A stretch of DNA of 33,880 bases from assembly GCA_005239795.1 (NCBI GenBank), contig SBBH01000148.1, forward strand, positions 1-33,880. The letters are read 5' to 3'. Within the stretch, counting starts at the first letter, position 1. Each line of letters begins with the position of its first letter. Under the pieces are notes generated by a model, which was not told where the DNA came from, ran no database searches, and saw only the letters and a program-made list of their open reading frames with translations. Positions 19,440 through 28,131 of the stretch are shown one piece after another. Made by a program: the position numbers and the translations under genes. Source of the stretch: Planctomycetales bacterium. GTDB lineage: Bacteria; Planctomycetota; SBBH01.

Positions 19440-19831
19440 ACACTATGGAAAGTCCCGAATCCAAAATCCCCGATCCAAAATCCCAACCCCCCGAGGCAGC
19501 CGCCGGCGGAGCGGGAGCCGGAGACCCGGAGAAGCTTAAAACAGGGATCATCGAGGCGATCAAAACCTGCTACGACCCTGAAATCCCGGTCAATATCTGG
19601 GAGCTGGGGCTCGTCTATGACATCGCCGTGTCGGCCGATAGAGCCGCCGCGGTCAAGATGACCCTCACCAGCCCCAACTGCCCCGCCGCCGCCTCGCTCC
19701 CTCCGGAGGTGGAGGGGAAGGTCAAGACGGTGCCGGGCGTGGCCTCGGCCAAGGTCGAGGTCGTCTGGGATCCCCCCTGGACCCCCGAGAAAATGAGCGA
19801 GGCCGCGAAGCTCGAACTCGGCATCATGTAG
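19436..19831 (+). CDS. sufT: DUF59/SufT-like Fe-S assembly protein
   Basis: DPEIPVNIWELGLVY, MTLTSPNCP, VWDPPWT..MSEAAKLELG; alternative start ATG 19445. Confidence 0.9.
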   Translation: MNTMESPESKIPDPKSQPPEAAAGGAGAGDPEKLKTGIIEAIKTCYDPEIPVNIWELGLVYDIAVSADRAAAVKMTLTSPNCPAAASLPPEVEGKVKTVPGVASAKVEVVWDPPWTPEKMSEAAKLELGIM

Positions 19832-19833
19832 TC

Positions 19834-19865
19834 AAAGACCTCGCCCCTTCCGGGTGGGGTCTTTT
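19834..19865. terminator. Bidirectional intrinsic terminator between suf operon and peroxiredoxin
   Basis: AAAGACCTCGCCC-cttcc-GGGTGGGGTCTTT(T) hairpin between convergent stops. Confidence 0.7.
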
Positions 19866-20499
19866 ACTTCACGGCTTTTTTGGCCGAACCGCCCAGGGTG
19901 TCTCCGACGCGGCCGACCAGATTGGCGCCGGGTTTTAAGGTCTTCGATCCTTCCGACCAGTTGGCCGGGCAAGCCTCGTCGGGGTGCTCCGCCAGATAGG
20001 CGTTCGCCTTGACCTTGCGGGAGAGCTCCTCGGCGTTCCTGCCGAAGTTGTAGAAGTTGACCTCGGAGCCGACGAGCTTCCCCTGCGGGTTGATGATGAA
20101 CGTCCCGCGCAAGGCGAGCCCCGTCCCCTCGTCGTAGACGCCGAAGAGACGCGAGACCTTGCCCGTGGGGTCGGCGCCCATCAGGTATTTGACATCCTTC
20201 ATGAGCTTCTCTTCGCGGTGCCAGGCCATGTGGACGAATTTGGTGTCGGTGGAGATCGAGATGACCTCCGCGCCGGCTTTTTTGAGCTCCTCGTGTTTGG
20301 CCGCCAGGTCCGCCAGCTCCGTGGGGCAGACGAACGTGTAGTCGGCGGGATAGAAGAAGAGGACTGTCCATTTCTTCGTCTTCTTGATCCCTTCGAGCGT
20401 GACCTGGGCGAAATCCCCCTTGGCGGGGTCGAAAGCGTCCAGCGTGAAGTCGGGAACCGTCTGCCCCACGCGGATCGGCGTCTGAATCTGCTCGCTCAT
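19864..20499 (-). CDS. ahpC: 2-Cys peroxiredoxin (AhpC/Prx1 type)
   Basis: FYPADYTFVCPTE, RGTFII, GRN, resolving EACPANW; SD (AAAGGAAAGGA) upstream. Confidence 0.92.
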   Translation of the reverse strand: MSEQIQTPIRVGQTVPDFTLDAFDPAKGDFAQVTLEGIKKTKKWTVLFFYPADYTFVCPTELADLAAKHEELKKAGAEVISISTDTKFVHMAWHREEKLMKDVKYLMGADPTGKVSRLFGVYDEGTGLALRGTFIINPQGKLVGSEVNFYNFGRNAEELSRKVKANAYLAEHPDEACPANWSEGSKTLKPGANLVGRVGDTLGGSAKKAVK

Positions 20500-20571
20500 A
20501 AACGTTCCTTTCCTTTCTGGGCTCTCTTGTCGCGGCGCCGCCAGGCGACGCGCCCGAAAACAGGGGTATTG

Positions 20572-20621
20572 TAAGGCGCCGCACGGAAATAACTTCTATA
20601 GTTATTTTTGCGCGAATCCTA
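20572..20621. mobile_element. MITE-like element, A-end...B-end copy
   Basis: TA|AGGCGCCGCACGGAAATAACT-tctat-AGTTATTTTTGCGCGAATCC|TA; 20600-20621 is identical to 5026-5047; supplies the permease TAG stop. Confidence 0.75.
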
Positions 20622-22619
20622 ACGCACCCGCGCCGGGAGGATCACCATGGTGAGCCCCGCCCACTGCAGGCGTTTCTGGATGGAGAAGGCGGTCTCGTTG
20701 TGCAGGAATCGGTGGTACCAGCGCTCGCGCTGGAAGATGATCTGGCCGGAGAAGAAGGTGACGCGCGGGAATTCCTTCGCAACCGCCAGGCAGAGTTTTT
20801 CGCATTCTTCGACGGCGTCGGTGCCAACGGTCTGGCGGCTGGTGGCGGGGATCCCCAGGCGCTGTGCCAGTTCCACGTAGCGCCGCAGGGTCTCGTCGGT
20901 CTCCTTGCGCAGGGATTCGATCGCTTGTTCCCCCTTGAAGACGCCCGAGTCGATGACGCCCACAGAGATGAAGACGAGGTTTTTGAAATGCCCCGGGAAG
21001 GTCCGGAAGATGTTGAAGGTCGTGTGCAGGCCCAGACCGTCGTAGGCGCCCACGAGCACCGCGGCGGTGGGCTGGGCGGGGTCGACGGGTTTGGCCGCCC
21101 CCACGGCGACTTCCGGAATCTCCTCGAGCTCCCGCGAGAGCTTGGCGAATTTTCGCCGTACGGTCTCGTAGCGGCCGCGGATCAGGAAGCAGAGGACGAC
21201 CAGTCCCCCGGTCACGAGGAGCGTCATCCATCCCCCCTCGCCGAATTTCTCGACGACGATCACGAGGAGAATCGTCGCGCACAGAAGAAAGCCGGAGGTG
21301 AAGAGGGCGAAGTGCCGGCGGCCGCCGGGTCGCGCGGCCCCCCCCGGGCGGCGCGACCAGGACATCCCAAAGAGCGACAGGGAGAAGGTGAGGAACACGT
21401 TGATGCTGTACATCACGACGATCTGGTGGACGGAGCCGCCCGTGTAGAGGAGGGCGCTCAGCCCCGCCGCCCCCATGAGGAGGATCCCATTGCGTGTCGT
21501 GAACCTTTCGGAAAGGGCCGCGAACCGGCGCGGCACCCAGGAGTCGACCGCCATATTGGCCAGGACCCGGGGGCCGTCCAGGAACCCTGCCTGCGCCGCG
21601 ACGATGAGCAGGGCTCCTTCCGTGAGCAACGTGAGGATTACGAAAGGCTTCCCGAGAAAAGTCTCGCTCGCGAAACTCTCCGCCAGGACCGCGTTCATCG
21701 TCTTGCCGGGCTCCGGCATGACGTGCCAGAGGAGATAGCACAACATCAGGCCCGAGGCGGTCAAAGCGAGCGAGACGGCCATGTAGGCCATCGTGCGCTT
21801 GGCGTTGGCGACCTTGGGTTCGCGCAGGACCGCCAGGCCGTTCGAGATCGCTTCGATCCCGGTGTAGGTCCCACCCCCCAGCGAATAGGCGTGCAGGAGC
21901 AGAAGCAGCATTCCGCCTATCCCCAGCGTCGACAGGCCTTCGTTGAAGCCGCTTTTGACAGAGGCGGCCGTGGCTGGGAGTTCCGGCGCGTGCATGAGCA
22001 GCCCGCCGCCGATCAAGACGGCGTGCGTCAGGAGAAACAGCACGAAGATCGGCGTCAGCGACAGGACCGACTCGCGCACGCCGCGGATGTTGAGGATCGT
22101 CAGGCCCGCGAGCGTCGCGGCCTCGACGGGCAGCTTCAAGCCGTGCCAGGCCATAGGGAGAAAACTGAAGAGAGCGTCGCCGGCGGCGGCGATCGAGACC
22201 GCGATCGTGAGGACGTAGTCCACGAGGAGGGCGCACCCGGAGATGACCCCCGTGCGCGGTCCCAGGAGGCTCGTGGCGACGACATATCCTCCTCCGCCGT
22301 GGGGGAATTCCTCGATGAGGCGGCTGTAGGCGGCCGAGATCACGAAGACCGTCGCCGCCATGGCGACGGCCAGCGCCAGCGCCATGTAGGTGTGCGTCCC
22401 CAGCGTCCGGAACGCCTCCTCGGGGCCGTAGGCAGAGGATGACAGGGGGTCGGCCCCTAGCCCGACCCAAGCTAGGAACGGGACGAGCGTCAGTTTGTGA
22501 AACAGTAAGCGGTCGGCAAGGTTCCGGGGGGCGCCGAAAAACAGCCGCCGCGCGCGCGTGGCCCATGACTGTTGATCAGGGGCGACCGGCTCCGGAAGGG
22601 GGGGCGGGCGTGGCGTCAT
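20619..22619 (-). CDS. APC-superfamily transporter, KimA-like (putative K+/H+ symporter)
   Basis: About 12 TM segments plus a C-terminal soluble domain; GADPLSSSAYGPEE, GGGGY, LLVDYVLT, TGIEAISNG motifs. Start inferred at ATG 22619. Confidence 0.85.
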   Translation of the reverse strand: MTPRPPPLPEPVAPDQQSWATRARRLFFGAPRNLADRLLFHKLTLVPFLAWVGLGADPLSSSAYGPEEAFRTLGTHTYMALALAVAMAATVFVISAAYSRLIEEFPHGGGGYVVATSLLGPRTGVISGCALLVDYVLTIAVSIAAAGDALFSFLPMAWHGLKLPVEAATLAGLTILNIRGVRESVLSLTPIFVLFLLTHAVLIGGGLLMHAPELPATAASVKSGFNEGLSTLGIGGMLLLLLHAYSLGGGTYTGIEAISNGLAVLREPKVANAKRTMAYMAVSLALTASGLMLCYLLWHVMPEPGKTMNAVLAESFASETFLGKPFVILTLLTEGALLIVAAQAGFLDGPRVLANMAVDSWVPRRFAALSERFTTRNGILLMGAAGLSALLYTGGSVHQIVVMYSINVFLTFSLSLFGMSWSRRPGGAARPGGRRHFALFTSGFLLCATILLVIVVEKFGEGGWMTLLVTGGLVVLCFLIRGRYETVRRKFAKLSRELEEIPEVAVGAAKPVDPAQPTAAVLVGAYDGLGLHTTFNIFRTFPGHFKNLVFISVGVIDSGVFKGEQAIESLRKETDETLRRYVELAQRLGIPATSRQTVGTDAVEECEKLCLAVAKEFPRVTFFSGQIIFQRERWYHRFLHNETAFSIQKRLQWAGLTMVILPARVR

Positions 22620-22702
22620 CGTTGTGATCCAGGGGTTCCGGAGACAGTCCCGGAAAATTGAGGAGGGGAGTATAATGGGAACTTGGGGGAAAATCAAGAG
22701 TT

Positions 22703-23524
22703 ATGGAAAAGACGACCGCTTGGATTGTCACATCTGTCCTGGTTTCGGGGGGAGCCATTCTGGTCGGGGTCGCCCTTGATTCAGACTCTGCTTCGTCAAG
22801 TTCGCCAAGCGCCGCCGTAGGCCAGTCGGAAAAATTCCTGGAAGGGGAAGAGTGGCCTCGTCCGTCGGGAAGCGCCGAGGAGATGGCCCAAACCCTTTCT
22901 GTTGAGGAACTTATCGAGGCCTGGTCAGCCTTCCCTGAGGAGGAGTCCCAACTGGGGCTCCACGCTGTCTACGCCGAGGCGCTTGGGCTTTTAGGGATGG
23001 AGGCGGCCAACGCAGCTCCCGCTCTCGGGGTCCATGCGGTACATCCGAACCCCGGGATACGCAAGGCGGTGCTCTCGGCCCTGGCTCGGATGGGAGACGC
23101 GGGGCTTCCGTATCTCATGGAGGCGCTTGATTACGGTTCGCTTTTAAGCGTGAACGCCAGCGATGTCCGCTGGGATGCGGCGCAGGCGTTGGCCGAGAAG
23201 GAATCGGGCCTGGAGGGAGCTATCCCTGCGCTTCTTTCGCGCGTGGTCAATTTTGAGGAGAACGTCCTGGTCCGGGAAAGCGCCGTCGCCGCGCTCGTCA
23301 ATGCAGGAGAGGCGGCCTTGCCCACTTTGAAGGAAGTCCAGACTGCCTACTATGCCCGCAGCGAGGAAGACGGACTCACCGTGACCGAGACGGCGATCTT
23401 GAACACGATCAACCTAGGCCTTCAGGGAATCCGTCCGAAGCGGCCTGCTCCCAAGGTCGGGGCCGAAGAAGTCGGAGAGACCGAAGAGGCTGAGGAAACC
23501 GGCCAAGCGCAAACGGAGGAGTAG
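22703..23524 (+). CDS. HEAT-repeat protein with N-terminal TM/signal and acidic tail
   Basis: Repeated units 'IRKAVLSALARMG', 'VRWDAAQALA', 'VRESAVAALVNAG'; TATAAT at 22671-22676. Confidence 0.75.
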   Translation: MEKTTAWIVTSVLVSGGAILVGVALDSDSASSSSPSAAVGQSEKFLEGEEWPRPSGSAEEMAQTLSVEELIEAWSAFPEEESQLGLHAVYAEALGLLGMEAANAAPALGVHAVHPNPGIRKAVLSALARMGDAGLPYLMEALDYGSLLSVNASDVRWDAAQALAEKESGLEGAIPALLSRVVNFEENVLVRESAVAALVNAGEAALPTLKEVQTAYYARSEEDGLTVTETAILNTINLGLQGIRPKRPAPKVGAEEVGETEEAEETGQAQTEE

Positions 23525-23529
23525 CCGCT

Positions 23530-24372
23530 CTAATGGCCGTTGCCGCTTGAAAGCAGTTGGGGAGGGGTGCGCTTGAGGTTCGAGGCGAGCCGCGCGCGGT
23601 GCATCGTCCAGATCCACCATTTGGTCGGATCGAAGTGGTGGGGAGCGTGGCCGTTCCGGTAGTCGGACGGAAAGCGGTGGTGGAAATTGTGGTACCCCTC
23701 GCCCAGCGTCACGAAGGCCGTGAGGGCGCTGTCCCGGGCCGACACCGCGCTGCCGAACGGCTGGCTCCCGATCCAGTGAGCCACGGAATTGATGGCGAAG
23801 GTGGCGTGGTACTGGAGGGCGAGCCTCAGGAAGCAGGCCACCAGCATCCCTCCGAAGGCGTCGCCCCAAAGCGAGGCCGTCGCGACGGGAAGAAGAAGCG
23901 CCACGCTGGTTGCCAAGGAGTAGTAGTGACGATGCTGGAAGCGCAGGAGAGGATCCCGCTCGAGGTCCGCCACGTTTTCGGGGCCGGCCCGCCCGGTCTC
24001 CTTGAAAAGGACCCAGCCGATGTGCGCCCACCAGAACCCCCGCCGGATGTTGTAGGGGTCTTCCGCTTCGTCGGTGTGCCGGTGGTGGCGCCGGTGGTCT
24101 GAACACCACGCCAAGGCGCTATTCTGGACCGAGGCCGCGCCGAAGAGAAGGTAGAAGAGCCGCAAGGGCCAGCGGGCGCGGTAGGCGAGGTGCGCGAAGA
24201 GGCGGTGGTATCCGCCGGTAATCGACACCCCACAGCAGGCGAAAAGGACGCTGGCCAGGAGGAGTGTCAGTCCGGAGAACCGGACGCAGATCATATAGAC
24301 GACGGCGAGGACTGCGAAGAGATGCACTGCCGACAGGAAAAAGGCATTCCCCCAGTGGAATTTGAACTTCAA
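23530..24372 (-). CDS. Delta-9-type acyl-lipid/acyl-CoA fatty acid desaturase
   Basis: His boxes HRLFAH, HRRHH, HNFHH; GEGYHN and DPTKW. Confidence 0.93.
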   Translation of the reverse strand: MKFKFHWGNAFFLSAVHLFAVLAVVYMICVRFSGLTLLLASVLFACCGVSITGGYHRLFAHLAYRARWPLRLFYLLFGAASVQNSALAWCSDHRRHHRHTDEAEDPYNIRRGFWWAHIGWVLFKETGRAGPENVADLERDPLLRFQHRHYYSLATSVALLLPVATASLWGDAFGGMLVACFLRLALQYHATFAINSVAHWIGSQPFGSAVSARDSALTAFVTLGEGYHNFHHRFPSDYRNGHAPHHFDPTKWWIWTMHRARLASNLKRTPPQLLSSGNGH

Positions 24373-24468
24373 GCGGGACGCATTATAGCCGCTTCCGCCA
24401 GCGCGCCCGCAGGTTTTTTTAAATCCAGAGGTCGAGCGGCTCGGGGGCCACGACGCATTTCAAATGAA

Positions 24469-24708
24469 TCAGGCGGCCGGAGGCTCGAGCGGTTCCGCCC
24501 GGTCCTCCAGGAGGAAGGGGCGGTCGGGGAGCACTTCGACCCGGAAGGCCTCCAGCCGCGCCTCGTCGTGGAGCGCGTGGCGCAGGTTGGCGGGGCGGGC
24601 GAGGGCGAGGTAGCCCGCAATGGCCGCGGCCCCCAGGAGAGCCCCCGCCGAGAGGTCGAGGAGGTTCAGCCGCCCGAAGAGGCGGCCCTGGCCGTCGAGA
24701 AGGGGCAT
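24469..24708 (-). pseudogene. Truncated DUF4330-like membrane protein
   Basis: MPLLDGQGRLFGRLNLLD plus TM resembles the DUF4330 N-terminus, but the ORF stops at 79 aa. Confidence 0.5.
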
Positions 24709-24793
24709 GATGACGGCCGATTATCCGGACGCCGGAACACCGCCGCAATCGAGGATTCCTCTGTATACTTCCGGCCCGGGAGGGAGAGCACCC

Positions 24794-25150
24794 ATGGACG
24801 GCGTGGCATTCCTCGCCCTGTTGGTCGCTGCGACGGGAGTGATCCTTGTGTCTCTGGCCATGCGCCGCAAGAGCGCCGCCCCTCCTGCCTCGGCCGAGCC
24901 TCCTGTGCCGCCCCCCGCTTCTCTGCCCGTCCCGCCCGCCGCCTCCGGGTGCGCTTGCGTCCGTGGGGAAAAGGGGGCCCTTGAGCTCCTGACGGGCCAG
25001 GAAGGTTCCGATTCCCTCTGGCGCTGCAAACAGTGCAAGACTCCCTATTATTTCAACGCCGCCAGCGCCACGGCGCGGGCCCTCACGGCCGAAGAGCTGG
25101 CGCGGGATTTAGCGCGCTTCATGAACATGAAAACGAAGGGGAAGGAATAG
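24794..25150 (+). CDS. Hypothetical membrane-anchored protein with Pro-rich linker and CxC...CxxC motif
   Basis: SD GGGAG before ATG 24794 and TATACT at 24764; TM AFLALLVAATGVILVSLAM; GCAC and CKQC. Confidence 0.65.
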   Translation: MDGVAFLALLVAATGVILVSLAMRRKSAAPPASAEPPVPPPASLPVPPAASGCACVRGEKGALELLTGQEGSDSLWRCKQCKTPYYFNAASATARALTAEELARDLARFMNMKTKGKE

Positions 25151-25466
25151 ATCGCCTTGGACGGTTTGCGAGCCTTGAGGATTGAGTTCGAGAGCTACCG
25201 GATCCTCACGCGTGTGGTGGGAATCAACACCAAGCGCCCCTTATGGGCGTCCGGCGGCATCCCCCTTTCTCCGGCAGGAAGGTCAGGCCCGAAACGACAA
25301 AGCGGTCCCGACCCCTCATGGGATCGGGACCGCTTGCTCGACCGCTTCGAGGACGAAGCGGACTGTCGCGTTGTTACGAACCCAGGCCCGCAGGCCCCCT
25401 GGCCGGAATTGACGGCTGCTGAGCTTGCTCGCTAACCAGAGAACCGCGCTGTGGGAGATATCAAAG

Positions 25467-25540
25467 TGGTTGCCCGGCCAGGATTCGAACCTGGAATCTG
25501 AGGACCAAAACCTCATGTGTTACCGTTACACCACCGGGCA
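25467..25540 (-). tRNA. tRNA-Gln (anticodon TTG)
   Basis: TGCCCGG acceptor stem, TGAGG-TT-TTG-GT-CCTCA anticodon arm, GGTTCGAATCC T-arm, encoded CCA; TATAAT upstream at 25550-25555 (minus). Confidence 0.97.
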
Positions 25541-25616
25541 AGTCGTCGCATTATACGCCTGTGGCGTTCGGACTGTGCTTTGTATAAATTCGAAACCTGT
25601 TGTGAATAGGCTCTGT

Positions 25617-25678
25617 TTTGTCATTTCTGTTTTGTGCTTCGAATTTGTTTAGGATTTAGGATTTTCCGTTTTGGATTT
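25617..25678. repeat. Degenerate T-rich heptamer tandem repeats
   Basis: TTTAGGA TTTAGGA, TTTTGGA and TTCGAAT-like units between the tRNA and queF. Confidence 0.5.
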
Positions 25679-25689
25679 ATGATGAAGGT

Positions 25690-26103
25690 GTGATTCGCAA
25701 AAAAGGGGTCGGTTCAACCCGCCACGGTTACACCGACGCGCACGCCCGCGCGGGGGTCCAGGCGAAGCTCCCCGCGATCGAGACCTGGGAGAACCAGTTC
25801 CCGCGCTACGAGATCACGATCGAGACGACGGAGTTCACGTCGGTCTGCCCCAAGACAGGGCTTCCCGATTTCGGCGTGGTGACCGTCACCTACATGCCTA
25901 AAAGGGCCTGCCTCGAGCTCAAATCCTTCAAGGAGTACCTCCTGGCCTACCGCGATCTGGGGATCTTCTATGAAAACGCCGTGAACCGGATCCTCGCGGA
26001 TATCGTGCGCGCGGCGCGCCCGGCGTGGGCCGTGGTGAAAGGCGATTTCAACGCGCGCGGCGGGATGCGGGCGACGGCGACCGCGCGTTATCCTAAAGCA
26101 TGA
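25690..26103 (+). CDS. queF: NADPH-dependent 7-cyano-7-deazaguanine reductase (unimodular QueF)
   Basis: EFTSVCPKTGLPDFG, QueF motif ELKSFKEYL, FNARGG. Confidence 0.95.
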   Translation: MIRKKGVGSTRHGYTDAHARAGVQAKLPAIETWENQFPRYEITIETTEFTSVCPKTGLPDFGVVTVTYMPKRACLELKSFKEYLLAYRDLGIFYENAVNRILADIVRAARPAWAVVKGDFNARGGMRATATARYPKA

Positions 26104-26870
26104 CGGCGCGCCAAGCCCTGTCTCTCACGGGGCTCCTCGTCCTGCGGGACCTGAAAGGGCGCTACCGCGGATCGATCTTCCCCGGGTGGAGCCTGGTGTT
26201 GCCGATCGCGACCGTCATCGCCTCGGCGGGGATCGCCGGGTCGGTTTTTCGAGTGCGCTTTTCCGGTTCGGGAGGGGAGCCGGCGCTGTGGCTTCCGGTT
26301 CTGTGCGGCGTCCTCCCCTGGCTTCAGGTCCAGGAGGCCCTGCGCCGGGCCGTCACTTCCCTCGCCGAAAACGCCGTGCTTGTCAAGAACGCCCGCGTGC
26401 CGCTGGCACTCTTTCCTCTTCACGTGGTGGGGACCAGCCTTCTCCTCGAGATCATTCTCATGGGACTGGCCCTACCGTGGCTTGGACCCTTGGCGGGCCC
26501 CGGTGGTTTTGCCTGGCTCTTGCTGGTTCTCGTGTTGCAGACCGCCTTCGCCGGGGGGGCGGCCCTGCTCTTGAGCTCCCTGCACGTCTTCCTGAGGGAT
26601 CTGGGGCCGCTCGTGACGCTGGCGCTCCCGGGCTGGTTCTATCTGAGCCCGATCCTCTATCCGTGGGAAAGCGTCCCGGCGTGGATGTGGGGGCTCTATG
26701 GCGCGAACCCGCTTGCGCCACTGGCGTCGCTGTACCGGGACCTCTTGTGGCGGGGAGTGGGTCCCGCGGCGGGGGACCTGGCGATTCTCGCCGCTTGGGC
26801 TGTTGTTTTGGGCGCGCTGGGAGGGTGCGTCTTCCGGCGCCTGGCGCCGCATTTTGCGGACGAACTGTGA
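26100..26870 (+). CDS. wzm: ABC-2 polysaccharide export permease (Wzm-like)
   Basis: RDLKGRYRGS, FLRDL, FYLSPILYP, ANPL; about 6 TM segments. Confidence 0.88.
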   Translation: MTARQALSLTGLLVLRDLKGRYRGSIFPGWSLVLPIATVIASAGIAGSVFRVRFSGSGGEPALWLPVLCGVLPWLQVQEALRRAVTSLAENAVLVKNARVPLALFPLHVVGTSLLLEIILMGLALPWLGPLAGPGGFAWLLLVLVLQTAFAGGAALLLSSLHVFLRDLGPLVTLALPGWFYLSPILYPWESVPAWMWGLYGANPLAPLASLYRDLLWRGVGPAAGDLAILAAWAVVLGALGGCVFRRLAPHFADEL

Positions 26871-28084
26871 CGCCGGCGATCCAGGCCGAGGGGGTCTCGA
26901 AATGGTACGGCGCTCGCGCTTCGCCTATGGCGCGCCTACGCGCCGCCTGGACAAACCGTCCGGGCTCTGACGGGACGTGGGCCCTGCGCGACGTCAGCTT
27001 CGGCGCCGCCGCCGGCGAGTGCCTGGGGGTGGTGGGGGCGAACGGCTCGGGGAAGAGCACGCTCCTTAAGGTTCTGGGAGGGATCGCAGCTCCCGCCGCT
27101 GGGCGCGTGACGGCAGAGGGGCGCGTCACAGCCGTTTTGGACCTGGCGGCTTTTTTCAGCCGTGAGGCCCCAGGGCGCGAGAATGCCGCGGTCGGCGCGC
27201 GCCTGATGGGATTCCCAGCGTGCGACATTCCGTCGATTGTGGAGGAGGTCCGGGATTTTTCGGGGCTCGGCGCGGCCTTCGAGCATCCCTTGCAGACCTA
27301 TTCGGCGGGGATGTCTCTGCGGCTGGGGTTCGCCCTCGCGACGGCGAAGCGCCCTGACGTGCTTCTTGTGGACGAGGTCTTGTCCATCGGGGACGCGTCG
27401 TTCGAACGGCAATGCCTCGAACGAATCAGGGCTTATCTCAAGGCAGGGACGGCCGTCGTCGTCGCCTCGCACGATCTGAGGGTGATCTTTCAGATCTGCT
27501 CGCGCGTCGTCTGTCTGGCCGGGGGGCGCGTCGCCGCGGAGGGGGAACCGGCCGCCGTCATCGGGCAATATCTGGCGTCTCAAGGGGCGTCGGGCGCGGG
27601 GGGACGCCTGGCGCCGCAGGGCCTGAAGATCCCGTGGATCGAGAAGGTCTCCCTGGAGGACGGCGCCGGAAGTCCGCTCGACGTTCTGGTGAGCGGCGCC
27701 CCCCTGCGCGCCGTCATCGACTGGACCTCCCCCGAAGGGGCTGTCCAGGACGCCGTTTTCGAAATCCTCGTCCACCGCCAGGATGGGGCGTTTTTCATGA
27801 GGCAGTCCTCGAAGGGGAGGCTGATCCGGGACGGTGCGCGTCCCGGGCCGCGGCGCACAGCCTTGACTGTGGCGCATCTGACGTTCCCCCCCGGCCGCTA
27901 TGCTCTGACGGCGGCGCTGTATGATGCCTCCGGGACGTTTCCCTACGATTCGCATGCGCAGGGGCTCTTGCATTGGTTCACCGTGCAGGGGGAGGAAGCG
28001 AACGACCCCAGCGAATTCCGCTGGGAAGAAGTGCCTCGGGAGGAGAAACACCAAACGCCAAAAGGCAAACACCAAACCAGCTAG
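26867..28084 (+). CDS. wzt: ABC polysaccharide export ATPase with C-terminal carbohydrate-binding domain (Wzt-like)
   Basis: GANGSGKST, YSAGMSLRLGF, VDEVLSIGDASF, SHDL; beta-rich C-terminus with PGRY; GTG 26867 overlaps the wzm stop. Confidence 0.88.
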   Translation: MTPAIQAEGVSKWYGARASPMARLRAAWTNRPGSDGTWALRDVSFGAAAGECLGVVGANGSGKSTLLKVLGGIAAPAAGRVTAEGRVTAVLDLAAFFSREAPGRENAAVGARLMGFPACDIPSIVEEVRDFSGLGAAFEHPLQTYSAGMSLRLGFALATAKRPDVLLVDEVLSIGDASFERQCLERIRAYLKAGTAVVVASHDLRVIFQICSRVVCLAGGRVAAEGEPAAVIGQYLASQGASGAGGRLAPQGLKIPWIEKVSLEDGAGSPLDVLVSGAPLRAVIDWTSPEGAVQDAVFEILVHRQDGAFFMRQSSKGRLIRDGARPGPRRTALTVAHLTFPPGRYALTAALYDASGTFPYDSHAQGLLHWFTVQGEEANDPSEFRWEEVPREEKHQTPKGKHQTS

Positions 28085-28131
28085 CCTAAACTTCTTTTGG
28101 CTTATAGGGCTGCAGGTTAGAATCTCTTTAG

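Noticed and set aside
19961-19972. TGGCCGGGCAA match to the tRNA-Gln 3' end (possible att site)
   Set aside because: Only 11 nt, opposite orientation, inside ahpC coding sequence, and no integrase.
20602-22566. Long alternative-frame and antisense ORFs (654 aa here; also 20700-22442, 28117-30090, 12786-14219, 15262-16440)
   Set aside because: Shadow ORFs of real genes in GC-rich DNA; low-complexity Arg/Gly/Pro content and no motifs.
25157-25435. 92-aa ORF next to the tRNA
   Set aside because: No recognisable motif or convincing initiation signal; not called.
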